A DNA stretch of 64,000 bases from an uncultured Planctomycetales bacterium (GTDB lineage: Bacteria > Omnitrophota > Gorgyraeia > Gygaellales > Profunditerraquicolaceae): NCBI GenBank assembly GCA_964427405.1, contig CAYRUB010000006.1, positions 15,558-79,557 on the forward strand, given 5' to 3'. Position numbers and translations under genes: made by a program. Below are positions 20,066 through 29,682 of this stretch, piece after piece. Position 1 is the first letter of the stretch; each line of letters starts with the position of its first letter. Below the pieces are notes generated by a model, which searched no databases, was not told the origin of the DNA, and saw only the letters and a program-made list of their open reading frames with translations.

Positions 20066-20457
20066 TGAAGAAGTCCAGCTACGAAGGCCTGCAAAAGAAT
20101 GTCAGGGCATTAAAGACTCCTGAAATCGAGGTTTGGCAGAATCAGTATGCGGATAAAGTTTATACGATTAACCTGGATATACCGGAGTTTACCTGTATTT
20201 GCCCAAAAACAGGCTTGCCGGATTTTGCAGTTATCCGTCTTGAGTATTCTCCGTCTAAATTCTGCGTGGAGCTAAAATCTTTTAAGATGTATACGATAGC
20301 TTATCGCAATGTCGGGATATTCCATGAGCATTTGATTAATAAGATGCTTGAGGATTTTGTAAAATCAGTCAAGCCGCGCTGGGCCAGAATTCAAGGTATT
20401 TTTAATCCCCGCGGAGGTATTACAACAACCGTATCCCGGGAGTACAAGACTAAATGA
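20062..20457 (+). CDS. queF: NADPH-dependent 7-cyano-7-deazaguanine reductase (unimodular YkvM type)
   Basis: EFTCICPKTGLPDF catalytic Cys motif; 131 aa. Confidence 0.85.
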   Translation: MMKKSSYEGLQKNVRALKTPEIEVWQNQYADKVYTINLDIPEFTCICPKTGLPDFAVIRLEYSPSKFCVELKSFKMYTIAYRNVGIFHEHLINKMLEDFVKSVKPRWARIQGIFNPRGGITTTVSREYKTK

Positions 20458-21278
20458 TGAGAAGAATAGAGGCAGCAAAAATAACCCAGGTTGTCAGGAG
20501 GCTAGTTAAGCGAGCCAGTTTTTTCTTGCGCAGTGATGTTTTATCTGCCCTACGCAACTCTTATATAACTGAGAAGAATAGGCGGGCAAAGAAAATTCTT
20601 AAGGCAATACTGGATAACGCTGCTTATGCCAGAAAACAAAAGCTGGCTATTTGTCAGGATACTGGCCTGCCGGTTGTGTTCATTCAAATTGGACAAGATG
20701 TTGTAGTTCGCGGAGATTTAAAGGCAGCAATAAATAAAGGCGTGGAACAAGGATATAAAGGATATTACCTGAGAAATTCTATTGTTAGTGACCCGTTAAA
20801 AAGAGGAAAGTCGAAATTTTCTCCTTGTATAATGCATATGGATATAGTAAGGGGAGATAAAATTAAACTAATCCTGTTACCCAAAGGTTTTGGCTGTGAA
20901 AATAAATCGCAATTAAAGATGTTTAAGCCTACGGCAAGTATTGAAGAGATCAAGGAGTTTATTGTTAACGTAGTAAGGGACGCCGGGCCTGATGCTTGTC
21001 CGCCGTATGTTATAGGCGTAGGTATTGGAGGGACAGCAGATTATTCCGGCATCATGGCAAAAAAAGCTTTACTGCGCAAGATTTCGTCTAAGAATTCGAA
21101 ACTGGAAAATGATTTATTGAGACAAATAAATAAAACCGGAATCGGGCCGATGGGCTTAGGTGGTATAAATACTGCTTTGGCAGTTCATCTTCAAACACAT
21201 CCTACGCATATTGCAGGACTGCCGGTTAGCGTAAATATCAGTTGTCATGCCTTAAGAAGCGCGTCAGTAACCTTATGA
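20454..21278 (+). CDS. Fe-S hydro-lyase alpha subunit (class I fumarate hydratase / L(+)-tartrate dehydratase alpha)
   Basis: About 274 aa with Fe-S-ligand Cys residues; paired with an overlapping beta subunit. Confidence 0.7.
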   Translation: MMRRIEAAKITQVVRRLVKRASFFLRSDVLSALRNSYITEKNRRAKKILKAILDNAAYARKQKLAICQDTGLPVVFIQIGQDVVVRGDLKAAINKGVEQGYKGYYLRNSIVSDPLKRGKSKFSPCIMHMDIVRGDKIKLILLPKGFGCENKSQLKMFKPTASIEEIKEFIVNVVRDAGPDACPPYVIGVGIGGTADYSGIMAKKALLRKISSKNSKLENDLLRQINKTGIGPMGLGGINTALAVHLQTHPTHIAGLPVSVNISCHALRSASVTL

Positions 21279-21796
21279 AGAAAATAAATACCCCTTTAGG
21301 TTTAAATGTAATTAAATCCTTGAGAGCTGGCCAGGAGTTTCTTTTAAACGGGACAATTTATACTGCCCGGGATCAGGCGCATAAAAGATTTACTCAAGCG
21401 ATTAAGGCCGGCAAGATTCTGCCCATTGAACTTAAGGGCGCGGTTATCTATTATTGCGGGCCGACACAAACCCCGAAGGCCCAAATAATTGGTTCTTGCG
21501 GCCCGACTACCAGCTCGCGTATGGATGTATTTACTCCTTTGTTGCTTGCTAAAGGATTAAAAGTGATGATTGGTAAGGGAGCCAGGTCTCAAGAAGTAAA
21601 AGCGGCGATTAAAAAATATAAGGGAATTTATTTTGTTACTTATGCCGGATGCGGAGCGCTTTTAGCCAAGTGCGTCAAGAAAGCAAAGATAGTTGCTTAT
21701 GGTGATTTAGGACCGGAGGCAATTCTAAAGTTAGAAGTTGAAGATTTTCCGTTGATTGTCGCAATTGACGCTAATGGGAGGAGTATCTATGGTTAG
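21275..21796 (+). CDS. Fe-S hydro-lyase beta subunit (fumarate hydratase class I beta domain)
   Basis: TTSSRMD...GKG motifs of the FumA C-terminal domain. ATGA overlap with the alpha subunit; start chosen at MKKINTPL. Confidence 0.7.
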   Translation: MKKINTPLGLNVIKSLRAGQEFLLNGTIYTARDQAHKRFTQAIKAGKILPIELKGAVIYYCGPTQTPKAQIIGSCGPTTSSRMDVFTPLLLAKGLKVMIGKGARSQEVKAAIKKYKGIYFVTYAGCGALLAKCVKKAKIVAYGDLGPEAILKLEVEDFPLIVAIDANGRSIYG

Positions 21797-22508
21797 GCTT
21801 GATGGACGCGGGCTGGATAAAATTAGAAAAGTTACTATAACCAGGAATTATATTAAATACCCCGAAGGGTCTTGCCTTATTGAATTAGGCAGCACCAAGG
21901 TAATTTGCACTGCGTCAGTTGAAGAAACTGTTCCGCCATTTTTAAGAGGCTCAGGTACAGGATGGGTTACTGCTGAGTACGGTATGCTTCCGCGTTCCTG
22001 CGGTAGCCGTATCCCACGCGGCAAGGATTCCGGCCGTACTTATGAAATCCAGCGCCTGATTGGCAGGTCACTTAGATCAGTTACTGAGATGAAATATTTA
22101 GGGGAGCGCAGTATCTGGGTTGATTGTGATGTTATCCAGGGCGACGGAGGCACGCGCACTGCTTCTATTACCGGAAGTTTTGTTGCTTTGGTGGACGCTT
22201 TACAGAAGCTTAAAAAAGAAGGGAAGATTGACCGGATACCGATTCAGGATTATATTGCCGCTACCAGCGTAGGTATCTTAAACGACAATATGATTTTGGA
22301 TTTATGTTATGAGGAGGATTCTAAGGCCGAAGTAGATATGAATGTGATCATGACGGGTAAAGGCGAGTTTATCGAGGTCCAGGGAACTGCCGAGCGCAAA
22401 CCTTTTTCCAAAGAAAAGATGGATGTTATGCTTGATTTAGCCAAAAAAGGAATAGAGGAGCTTTTTAGTATTCAGAGAAAACTTGTAGGGGATATCTTAT
22501 CTAAATGA
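21789..22508 (+). CDS. rph: Ribonuclease PH
   Basis: [11 protein letters not shown]...[12 protein letters not shown]...[18 protein letters not shown] motifs; start chosen at MVRLDGR. Confidence 0.9.
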   Translation: MVRLDGRGLDKIRKVTITRNYIKYPEGSCLIELGSTKVICTASVEETVPPFLRGSGTGWVTAEYGMLPRSCGSRIPRGKDSGRTYEIQRLIGRSLRSVTEMKYLGERSIWVDCDVIQGDGGTRTASITGSFVALVDALQKLKKEGKIDRIPIQDYIAATSVGILNDNMILDLCYEEDSKAEVDMNVIMTGKGEFIEVQGTAERKPFSKEKMDVMLDLAKKGIEELFSIQRKLVGDILSK

Positions 22509-23134
22509 TACAGTTGGTAGTTGCAACCCGTAATAAAAAGAAATTATCCGAAATAAAAGAGATTTTAAGAGGAATAAATTTAGATCTGTTTTCTCTTGAT
22601 AGCTATAAAGATGCCCCGCAGGTATTAGAGAACGGCAGGAGTTTTCAAGAGAATGCTGTAAAGAAGGCGGTAAAGTTAGCGCGCTTTACAGGTAAATTTT
22701 GTCTGGGTGAGGATTCAGGTTTGTGTGTTGATGCCTTAGATGGCGCGCCGGGAATTTATTCTGCGCGTTTTTCAGGTCCTACTTGCCGGGTAGGCAGGGA
22801 TAAAAGCGATCTGAAAAATAATCTTAAACTTTTGAATTTGCTCAAAAGTTTACCTCTTGCAAAAAGAAAGGCGCATTATGTTTGCGCTGTTGCGTTAGCT
22901 GACAAGAACGGTTTGTTGGCGGCATTAGAGGGAAGTTGTTCCGGCTTGATTGCTCTTGAGGCCAAAGGCAGCGCGGGTTTTGGTTATGATCCGTTATTTT
23001 ATATTCCGAAATATAAAAAGACATTTGCCCAGCTAGGGGAAAAGATCAAGCATAAAATGAGCCACCGTTACCATGCTTTGAAGAAAGCCCGGCGGGTTAT
23101 CGAGAAATATATTGAGAAGCAAGTAGTGAATTGA
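22505..23134 (+). CDS. rdgB: dITP/XTP pyrophosphatase (Ham1/RdgB family)
   Basis: [13 protein letters not shown]...GEDSGL...FGYDPLF motifs. Confidence 0.85.
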   Translation: MIQLVVATRNKKKLSEIKEILRGINLDLFSLDSYKDAPQVLENGRSFQENAVKKAVKLARFTGKFCLGEDSGLCVDALDGAPGIYSARFSGPTCRVGRDKSDLKNNLKLLNLLKSLPLAKRKAHYVCAVALADKNGLLAALEGSCSGLIALEAKGSAGFGYDPLFYIPKYKKTFAQLGEKIKHKMSHRYHALKKARRVIEKYIEKQVVN

Positions 23135-23208
23135 TATACTTTATAAGTTATACGGGGCGTAGTCATCCCGCACAAATCATGCGGGATTTCGCCTCGCGAA
23201 ATCTAATA

Positions 23209-23283
23209 CGGGGCGTGGCTCAGTTTGGCTAGAGCGCTTGCTTTGGGAGCAAGAGGTCACAGGTTCAAGTCCTGTCGCCCCGA
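23209..23283 (+). tRNA. tRNA-Pro(TGG)
   Basis: Cloverleaf: acceptor CGGGGCG/CGCCCCG, D-arm GCTC...GAGC, anticodon stem CTTGC/GCAAG with loop TTTGGGA (anticodon UGG), T-loop GGTTCAAGTCC, discriminator A. Confidence 0.8.
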
Positions 23284-23401
23284 CTTAAACGAGCAGATAA
23301 TTTACGGAGCCAGAGGCGACGTAAATTATAGGCCGTAAGGCCGTCTGCGAGTTTAATCCTTGCGAGTAAGGACGAGCAAGGATAGATAAATGATTATTAA
23401 T

Positions 23402-23475
23402 GCGCCTGTAGCTCAATTGGATAGAGCACCTGCCTTCTAAGCCGGTTGTTGGCCGTTCGATTCGGCCCAGGCGCA
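23402..23475 (+). tRNA. tRNA-Arg(TCT)
   Basis: Acceptor GCGCCTG/CAGGCGC, D-arm GCTCAATTGGATAGAGC, anticodon loop CTTCTAA (anticodon UCU), T-arm GGCCGTTCGATTCGGCC. One mismatch in the anticodon stem. Confidence 0.75.
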
Positions 23476-23503
23476 TAATAATCGAAGATAGATAAAGGTT
23501 TTT

Positions 23504-24712
23504 ATGAATAATTGGAAAAGAATCTTTATAGTAATAGTTATTTTGGTAATTTCCCTGAGTTGTTTTTATGCTTTTTTGATTGTTAAGGCAAAATTCATAC
23601 TTGCGGATAAACTCAGTTCTGCTTTTGGCCGTAAAGTGAAAATAGGCCAGCTCAAGCTTAGTCCGCCGCTTAATCTGGAGTTAATGGATTTAGATGTGGA
23701 GGGTTTAATTAATATAAACTATGTCTATATTTCACCCAGCATTCCGAATCTTTTAACCGGAAGACTTGCTTTAAATAAAATAAGGATTGTAAGGCCTAAG
23801 ATATCTTGCGAAAGGAGCTTGCCTCCGGCTCCTCCGGCAGCAACTGATAGCGCCGCTGTTTTAAATAAGTCAGAAGCCGAGAAACCAAAAGAAGAAACTC
23901 CCGCAGCAGCTAAAGCTAGTTTAAAGTTGGTCATCAAGAGTTTGAAAGTAAGGAGCGGGGAGATATATTTTCTTGACCACACCGCGGATTCGCGCAACGT
24001 TAAAGTAGTGATTAAAAATATAGATGTAAATTTAAATAATTTATATACCTATCCTGTCGACGTCATGGTTAATTTCAATCTAAGCGGTCGCCTGCCCTGG
24101 CAGTCAGGTGAGCCTGATGGTAAAATTTACCTTGATGGCTGGGTCAATCCTTATAAAAAGAATATGTCCGCCAATCTAAGAATTGAAGATATCGATGCTA
24201 TCGCTTTCTATCCGTATTATTCTACTTGGGTGGATTTAGAGAAAGCGCGCATTGATAAAGCTAAGCTTAATTTTAGCAGTAAAATTAAGGGAGAGAATAA
24301 TGATATATCTGCGCAGTGCCATTTGGAATTAGCAGATATTGTGCGTAAGGCGAGGCCTCCCGAAGAGCCGCAACAGAAGGCGGAAAGGCTTACTGACGCG
24401 GTGCTTGATATGTTTAAGGCGATGAATCAGGGGAAAGTAGTCTTGGATTTTACTTTGCATACAAAAATGGACCATCCGCAGTTTGGTTTTGAAAATATCA
24501 AATCGGCATTTGAAGGCAAGCTTATGCAGGCCAGAACTAACTCTGGGCTAAGGCCTCAAGATATGTTATTATGGCCGGGTAAAATGCTGCAAGGCGGGAT
24601 TAAAAGCGGATCGGATTTAACTAAAGCCGCAGTTGATGGCGTATTTGCTTTAGGTAATGGATTAAAGAAGCTTTTTGAAGATTCAATGAACAAACAGACT
24701 TCAGAAGATTAG
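23504..24712 (+). CDS. Hypothetical membrane-anchored protein (N-terminal TM, Pro/Ala-rich linker; AsmA/DUF748-like?)
   Basis: Single N-terminal TM helix, PPAPPAATDSAA linker, beta-rich remainder. No catalytic motif recognised. Confidence 0.35.
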   Translation: MNNWKRIFIVIVILVISLSCFYAFLIVKAKFILADKLSSAFGRKVKIGQLKLSPPLNLELMDLDVEGLININYVYISPSIPNLLTGRLALNKIRIVRPKISCERSLPPAPPAATDSAAVLNKSEAEKPKEETPAAAKASLKLVIKSLKVRSGEIYFLDHTADSRNVKVVIKNIDVNLNNLYTYPVDVMVNFNLSGRLPWQSGEPDGKIYLDGWVNPYKKNMSANLRIEDIDAIAFYPYYSTWVDLEKARIDKAKLNFSSKIKGENNDISAQCHLELADIVRKARPPEEPQQKAERLTDAVLDMFKAMNQGKVVLDFTLHTKMDHPQFGFENIKSAFEGKLMQARTNSGLRPQDMLLWPGKMLQGGIKSGSDLTKAAVDGVFALGNGLKKLFEDSMNKQTSED

Positions 24713-24728
24713 TTTTTATTAGATTTAT

Positions 24729-24803
24729 GGTGGCTATAGCTCAATTGGTTAGAGCGCTAGACTGTGGCTCTGGAGGTTGCGGGTTCGATCCCCGTTAGCC
24801 ACC
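24729..24803 (+). tRNA. tRNA-His(GTG) with encoded G-1
   Basis: G-1 plus acceptor GTGGCTA/TAGCCAC, anticodon loop CTGTGGC (anticodon GUG), T-loop GGGTTCGATCCCC, discriminator C. Confidence 0.85.
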
Positions 24804-24847
24804 CATAAACCTTGTATCTCATTGTAGCGCAATGAGTTACAACAACG

Positions 24848-24880
24848 CACCGACGGGGCAACCTGTCGGTGTTTTTTTAT
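24848..24880 (+). terminator. Rho-independent terminator after tRNA-His
   Basis: CACCGACGGGGCAACCTGTCGGTG hairpin followed by T7 run. Confidence 0.6.
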
Positions 24881-24905
24881 CTGGCGATGTCCCTAGGGTT
24901 TAGGG
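24874..24905. repeat. Left copy of ~32-bp direct repeat (TTTTTATCTGGCGATGTCC[C/G]TAGGG[T/C]TTAGG); candidate island boundary
   Basis: Near-identical sequence recurs at 60580-60611. Each copy starts in the T-run of a terminator. Confidence 0.5.
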
Positions 24906-25117
24906 CGTTATTCCCGTCGGAGAATTCTGTAGTATTTTAAAACAAGATCTCCGTCGAGGAAGAGGGGAAATTTTAAAGAAAATTGTTGGAAAATAGCGCA
25001 ATTCCTCTCGTAGTTTATGGGCGCTAGTTTATGCTATATTCGCGTAATAATGCGCTTATTTCTGCTTTGATTTTTGCCATAAACTAGAGGTGAGGAATAA
25101 TCTGGATAAGAGAGGCC

Positions 25118-26728
25118 TTAAGAGGTTATTTGGGTGAGTTTCTGCCACATCGCGTACTGCTTATCCCAGTCGAGCTCGTCGGTGATAGTCCGCAGTTTAT
25201 ACTCCGGGATTTCAAATAGGCATGGATCATTTTGAAGAACGATCGCTTCCTGAATGCGAGGCGAGAGGAAGAGAAAACTCATGATCTGGTTAATGCGCTG
25301 CTGGCTTAAGTTAAGCCATCCCGAAACTTCCTTAATGTCCTTGGTTTTGTTTTTATCGATTAACTCCTGTATCTGATGAGCAAGCAAGAGATTCTGGCGC
25401 AACTGTGGCTCAGATTGTATCAATCGATCCTTGGGCGTTATGGCGTGGTATTTCAGCTCTGCCTTGCTTACATTAAACTTGTGCGATTTCTGCGTACTAT
25501 TAAGAATAATTTCGAGGATTGCTGTCCCGCCGTCATATTTTATTTCTTTCACGATGTCCTTGAGGGCAGTTCTTTTTTGATCAAGAGTATAGGCTTCCCA
25601 TGATTCAGGTTTTAGCCTTTGGTCGTCAGTCAGTTTCCTGAGGTACTCCATAACCTTTGCTTCCATGAGGCCGGCATTTACAAGCCGTGTAGGGCACTCC
25701 TGGTAGCCTCGCTTCTGCGCGTTTAAGCAGACATAATGAAAATAACGCAGCTTGCCGTATTTGATGTTATGGGTAAGATACATTGATGAATTGCAGGCCC
25801 GGCACCGCAATAGCCTGCTTAATAGGCCTATATTCTTGCCGATAGGCTTACGAGTTCCGAATTTTAGAGGGTTTGTATGCAGTGCATCTTGGACTTTCAT
25901 AAAGATTCCATCATCGAGGATTCGCTCATGTTCTCCGGGATAAAGCACATCTTGGTATCTAACTTTACCAGCATAATAGGCGTTTATGAGGATTTTCTCT
26001 ATGCCGGTGCTTGAAAACTTAACGTATCCGCGTTGTTTACCTTCTGCAAGCTTACGGACTTTTGTCCTGTAGCCTTTTGAATTTGCGATTTTAGCGACCT
26101 CTAAAAGCGAACGTTCTTTTAAGTATAGGTCAAAGAGTTCTCGCACAATTTTTGCTTCCTCTGGATTTATGATGAGTTTATGGTTTTCTTTGTCAAGATC
26201 GTAGCCTAAAGGTATGCATCCGCCGACATATTTGCCTTTTTTCCTGGCAGCGCCCATTTTATCTCGGGTCCTTTCACTGATGATTTCGCGTTCAAACTGA
26301 GCGAAGGAGAGGAGTATATTCAAGGTAAGCCTGCCCATCGAGTTTTGTGTATTGAAATGCTGCGTTACAGAAACAAAGGTGACGCTATTCTGGTCAAAAA
26401 ACTCTAATAACTGGCTGAAATCAAGCAGTGAGCGCGACAATCTATCAACTTTATAGACTACAACGCAGTTAATCCTATGGGCTTTAATATCATCAATAAG
26501 CTTCTGTAAGGCAGGTCTGTCAGTATTGGCTCCTGTAAAGCCACCGTCATCGTAGCGATCTGGTAAAATGATCCAGCCTTCAGACTTTTGGCTTTGGATG
26601 TAGCTTTCAGCGGATTCTCGTTGATTATCTAGAGAAGTGAATTCCTGCTCTAACCCTTCTGTTGTAGATACACGCGTATAAATAGCGCATTTAATTGCAG
26701 GTTTTTCTTTATCTGTCTTTTTTTCCAT
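25118..26728 (-). CDS. Large serine recombinase (resolvase/invertase N-terminal domain + recombinase domain + zinc ribbon)
   Basis: N-terminal AIYTRVSTTEGLEQEFTSLDNQRE with catalytic Ser. 536 aa. C-terminal CRAC...CLNAQ...C zinc-ribbon and coiled-coil region typical of phage serine integrases. Confidence 0.9.
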   Translation of the reverse strand: MEKKTDKEKPAIKCAIYTRVSTTEGLEQEFTSLDNQRESAESYIQSQKSEGWIILPDRYDDGGFTGANTDRPALQKLIDDIKAHRINCVVVYKVDRLSRSLLDFSQLLEFFDQNSVTFVSVTQHFNTQNSMGRLTLNILLSFAQFEREIISERTRDKMGAARKKGKYVGGCIPLGYDLDKENHKLIINPEEAKIVRELFDLYLKERSLLEVAKIANSKGYRTKVRKLAEGKQRGYVKFSSTGIEKILINAYYAGKVRYQDVLYPGEHERILDDGIFMKVQDALHTNPLKFGTRKPIGKNIGLLSRLLRCRACNSSMYLTHNIKYGKLRYFHYVCLNAQKRGYQECPTRLVNAGLMEAKVMEYLRKLTDDQRLKPESWEAYTLDQKRTALKDIVKEIKYDGGTAILEIILNSTQKSHKFNVSKAELKYHAITPKDRLIQSEPQLRQNLLLAHQIQELIDKNKTKDIKEVSGWLNLSQQRINQIMSFLFLSPRIQEAIVLQNDPCLFEIPEYKLRTITDELDWDKQYAMWQKLTQITS

Positions 26729-26736
26729 GCCGTTTC

Positions 26737-27210
26737 CTATAGGTTAAAGAATGAGAATCCATTCCAATGCGCGCCTGTGAGCTCAAAAGCAACTGCTGAA
26801 AGGCTGCGGTAATATTTATCCTTATATTCAAAACCTTTATCCAATATTTTTACGTGAACATCCTGGTCTTTGTACTTTTTATAAATAACAGTACCGGGAA
26901 TAGGCAGCCGTTTATCTCGCATAAATGGGATAGAAACGACATTCTTCCCGGCAGAGATTACCTGTGGCCTGAGCGCCTTATTATTAATAGGATCGTATTT
27001 CTCAATAAGGTCGATAATCTGCATTTTGGCTTCATCTGAAAGCCCGCCTTTAGCCGCTTCTTGCAGCTTGTAAGTGATCTTTTTTATAAGATACGGCTTA
27101 TTAGCGCAGGGAGCCTCAGCAACGTTAAAGAGAGCATTGTGTCGCTCCTGGATTTCCGGTAGAGTCGCGTTTTTAAGCGCCTGTATTTCTTCTGAGATAT
27201 TCTCTTCCAT
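26737..27210 (-). CDS. Small protein adjacent to serine recombinase (DUF2924-like; possible recombination directionality/accessory factor)
   Basis: 157 aa, encoded immediately upstream of and co-directional with the recombinase, the position typical of DUF2924 genes. Assignment by context and size; weak sequence recall. Confidence 0.3.
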   Translation of the reverse strand: MEENISEEIQALKNATLPEIQERHNALFNVAEAPCANKPYLIKKITYKLQEAAKGGLSDEAKMQIIDLIEKYDPINNKALRPQVISAGKNVVSIPFMRDKRLPIPGTVIYKKYKDQDVHVKILDKGFEYKDKYYRSLSAVAFELTGAHWNGFSFFNL

Positions 27211-27313
27211 AATTTAACCTCTCGTTAGTACACATATAGCCATACAACTCGAGATATATCAAGGTAAATAGAGAGGTATTTTTGATTGTGTAAAGAACCA
27301 AAAAGCAGTATAA

Positions 27314-27343
27314 TTGACTACAAATTGCTACATTTTGTTATAT
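27314..27343 (+). promoter_or_regulatory. Candidate sigma70-type promoter for the excisionase/defence operon
   Basis: TTGACT-18 nt-TTATAT upstream of the xis-like ORF, in a divergent intergenic region. Confidence 0.3.
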
Positions 27344-27354
27344 AAGAGGAGATT

Positions 27355-27531
27355 ATGGAAACCTTTACCGTAGAAGAATTAGCAAAATATCTTAAGTTAC
27401 ATGAATTCACGGTTCGGCGTCTCGCTAGAGAGGGGAAAATACCATCTTTTAAGGCAGGCGGTCAGTGGCGATTTCGTAAGGATGAAATTAATAAATGGTC
27501 GAAAGATAATAGAGAAAAACGCGAAGGTTAA
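27355..27531 (+). CDS. xis: Excisionase-family helix-turn-helix DNA-binding protein (58 aa; below ORF-track cut-off)
   Basis: METFTVEELAKYLKLHEFTVRRLAREGKIPSFKAGGQWRFRKDEINKW matches the excisionase/MerR-like HTH_17 pattern. AGGAG RBS 7 nt upstream. Divergent from the recombinase. Confidence 0.6.
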   Translation: METFTVEELAKYLKLHEFTVRRLAREGKIPSFKAGGQWRFRKDEINKWSKDNREKREG

Positions 27532-27552
27532 TGTAATAATTTGGAGGGTCAA

Positions 27553-29682
27553 ATGAAATCAAAAGTTTATGAAAATTTAAAAGAAGATCAAATAAAATTA
27601 ATTCAACAGAAAGCACATGATTTTCTGGGAGCGCTTATCCAAGAAGATCAATATGTAGGAGAGCTCTATTCAATTAGTTATGAATATGGATTAGTTCAAA
27701 TTCATGATCGGCATAGGATGGAAGTTGGGGGGATCCCTGGGTTAAGTTTCTTGATTGCTACCCGTATTAAGCCAGGAGAATCAATTGATTATACGAAAGA
27801 AGATTCTTCAATAATTTTGTTAAGAGTCATGGATGCAGCCCCTTTACCTAACGCAAGTGAGATAGAGCGTATCCGAGTTCAAGCAGCTCAAAGAGCTACT
27901 GGTGAAGATAGTCATTGGGATGAAGCTGGACTTATGGATGGACAAACAGCTAACCTGCTTTCTTTTGCTGGAGTTAAATGCAGAGTAATTGGCACGTTCT
28001 ATCTTGAGCTTGTTGAGGGTAAAGAAAACACTGATCTCGCTATTCGTTTTGGAGGAGACTTATCCAATTACTATCCAAATAGAGGGCTGAAGGTATATAA
28101 ACCAAATGCGAAAGCGTTAGAGGAAATAGTAAATTATTCTGATCCAACAAATATTCAGGATCATTTTGAAAAGTACGGAAGCACTGAAAAAGTAAAGTTA
28201 GGACAAATACGCTATGCTTCAACCAATAGAAAATATCAGCAAATAGATAATGTTCCAGTGTATGTTCATCCTGCTGATCTTTTGTCTCAGAAGTCTGCAT
28301 TGTTTGGAATGACTCGTACTGGAAAGTCGAATACAACAAAGATTATAGCGAAGGCGATCTTTGAGTTGCGTAATCCGAAGGATAAAATTAGCAATTCGCT
28401 TCGAATTGGTCAAATAATTTTTGATCCCAATGGAGAATATGCCAATGAGAATGTTCAAGATAATAATAATGCATTGAAGAATATCTGGGAAATTAATTGT
28501 CCGGCTTCTGATGCGGATGCTAGAAAGAAACATAAAGCAAATGAAGTCGTTACCTATGGCATTTCTGCTCATCCTAATGATCCGGAAAGAAAAATGATGC
28601 TTCTAAATTTTTATGTTGATGATAATTTACAGATAGGTAAAGAAATTGTCGATAATCTTTTCTCATCAGAAGATCCGGTATATCTAAGAAATTTCTCCCA
28701 AGTAGTGTTTGAACTTCCAGATACTCAGGATTGGAGCGCAATGACTAGGTATCGTAGAAGAGTTCTTGCTTATAGAGCAATATTAAATCGAGCAGGTTTT
28801 ACCCCACCAGCAAATATTAGTCCAAATACCGATAGATTATTTAATCCGGAGTTAGTTACTGCCCTCAACAATTACACGGGCGATAATGAAGATTTGTATC
28901 ATGCTGCTGCTGGCATATTTTCAAATACAAATCCTTCATGGGGGCAAATTGCTGATGCGTTTGAATCTCTGGATAAGTTTATTAGAGATGGGCAGAGCAC
29001 CGGATACAGTAATTTTGAAAATTGGTATGTCAATACTCGTCCTAGTGCATCGGGAGAAAGATGGGCCGATGAGGATTTTAAAAAGCTGATCGGCATATTT
29101 CAATATCCAAATGGAATACGGAGAATTGGTCGAGTTGCAAATCAACATACTGCCTTGACAAGTACTGACTATGCAATCGATATTTATAATGATTTAAAGT
29201 TGGGGAGGTTAGTTATTGTTGATCAATCAAGTGGAGATTCGGAATTAAATGAAATGGCAGCGAGACGCATAATGAGGGCTATATTTGAAGAAAATAAGAA
29301 ATATTTTACTTCCGGGAAGATACCTCCTGAGATTATTGTTTTTGTAGAAGAAGCTCATAATTTGTTGCCTCCAGATAAGGAAAAAGATTATAAGGATATA
29401 TGGGTAAGAACTGCAAAAGAAGGAGCCAAGCTAAGACTCGGTTTAGTTTATGCGACACAAGAAGTTAGCAGCATACAGAAAAATATATTGAAAAATACAG
29501 CAAATTGGTTTATCGCCCATCTTAATAATACTGATGAGACAAAAGAATTGTGTAAATATTATGACTTTGCTGATTTTGAACCTTCCATAAGACGCGCCCA
29601 AGACAAAGGGTTTCTAAGAGTTAAAACCTTAAGCAATCCTTTTGTTATACCAGTTCAAATTGATAAATTTGAGGTGAAGTGA
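27553..29682 (+). CDS. HerA-like (DUF87/FtsK-HerA superfamily) ATPase
   Basis: Walker A LFGMTRTGKSNTTK, Walker B IIVFVEEAHNLLP (DEAH-like), N-terminal barrel-like region. ATG at 27553 is preceded by GGAGGG; the track's TTG at 27541 is less likely. Confidence 0.6.
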   Translation: MKSKVYENLKEDQIKLIQQKAHDFLGALIQEDQYVGELYSISYEYGLVQIHDRHRMEVGGIPGLSFLIATRIKPGESIDYTKEDSSIILLRVMDAAPLPNASEIERIRVQAAQRATGEDSHWDEAGLMDGQTANLLSFAGVKCRVIGTFYLELVEGKENTDLAIRFGGDLSNYYPNRGLKVYKPNAKALEEIVNYSDPTNIQDHFEKYGSTEKVKLGQIRYASTNRKYQQIDNVPVYVHPADLLSQKSALFGMTRTGKSNTTKIIAKAIFELRNPKDKISNSLRIGQIIFDPNGEYANENVQDNNNALKNIWEINCPASDADARKKHKANEVVTYGISAHPNDPERKMMLLNFYVDDNLQIGKEIVDNLFSSEDPVYLRNFSQVVFELPDTQDWSAMTRYRRRVLAYRAILNRAGFTPPANISPNTDRLFNPELVTALNNYTGDNEDLYHAAAGIFSNTNPSWGQIADAFESLDKFIRDGQSTGYSNFENWYVNTRPSASGERWADEDFKKLIGIFQYPNGIRRIGRVANQHTALTSTDYAIDIYNDLKLGRLVIVDQSSGDSELNEMAARRIMRAIFEENKKYFTSGKIPPEIIVFVEEAHNLLPPDKEKDYKDIWVRTAKEGAKLRLGLVYATQEVSSIQKNILKNTANWFIAHLNNTDETKELCKYYDFADFEPSIRRAQDKGFLRVKTLSNPFVIPVQIDKFEVK

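Noticed and set aside
23285-23476. 63-aa minus-strand ORF
   Set aside because: Overlaps tRNA-Arg and the tRNA spacer; artefact.
27541-27552. TTG start proposed by the ORF track for the HerA-like gene
   Set aside because: GGAGGG lies inside those codons and ATG follows 6 nt later. The ATG at 27553 is the more plausible start.
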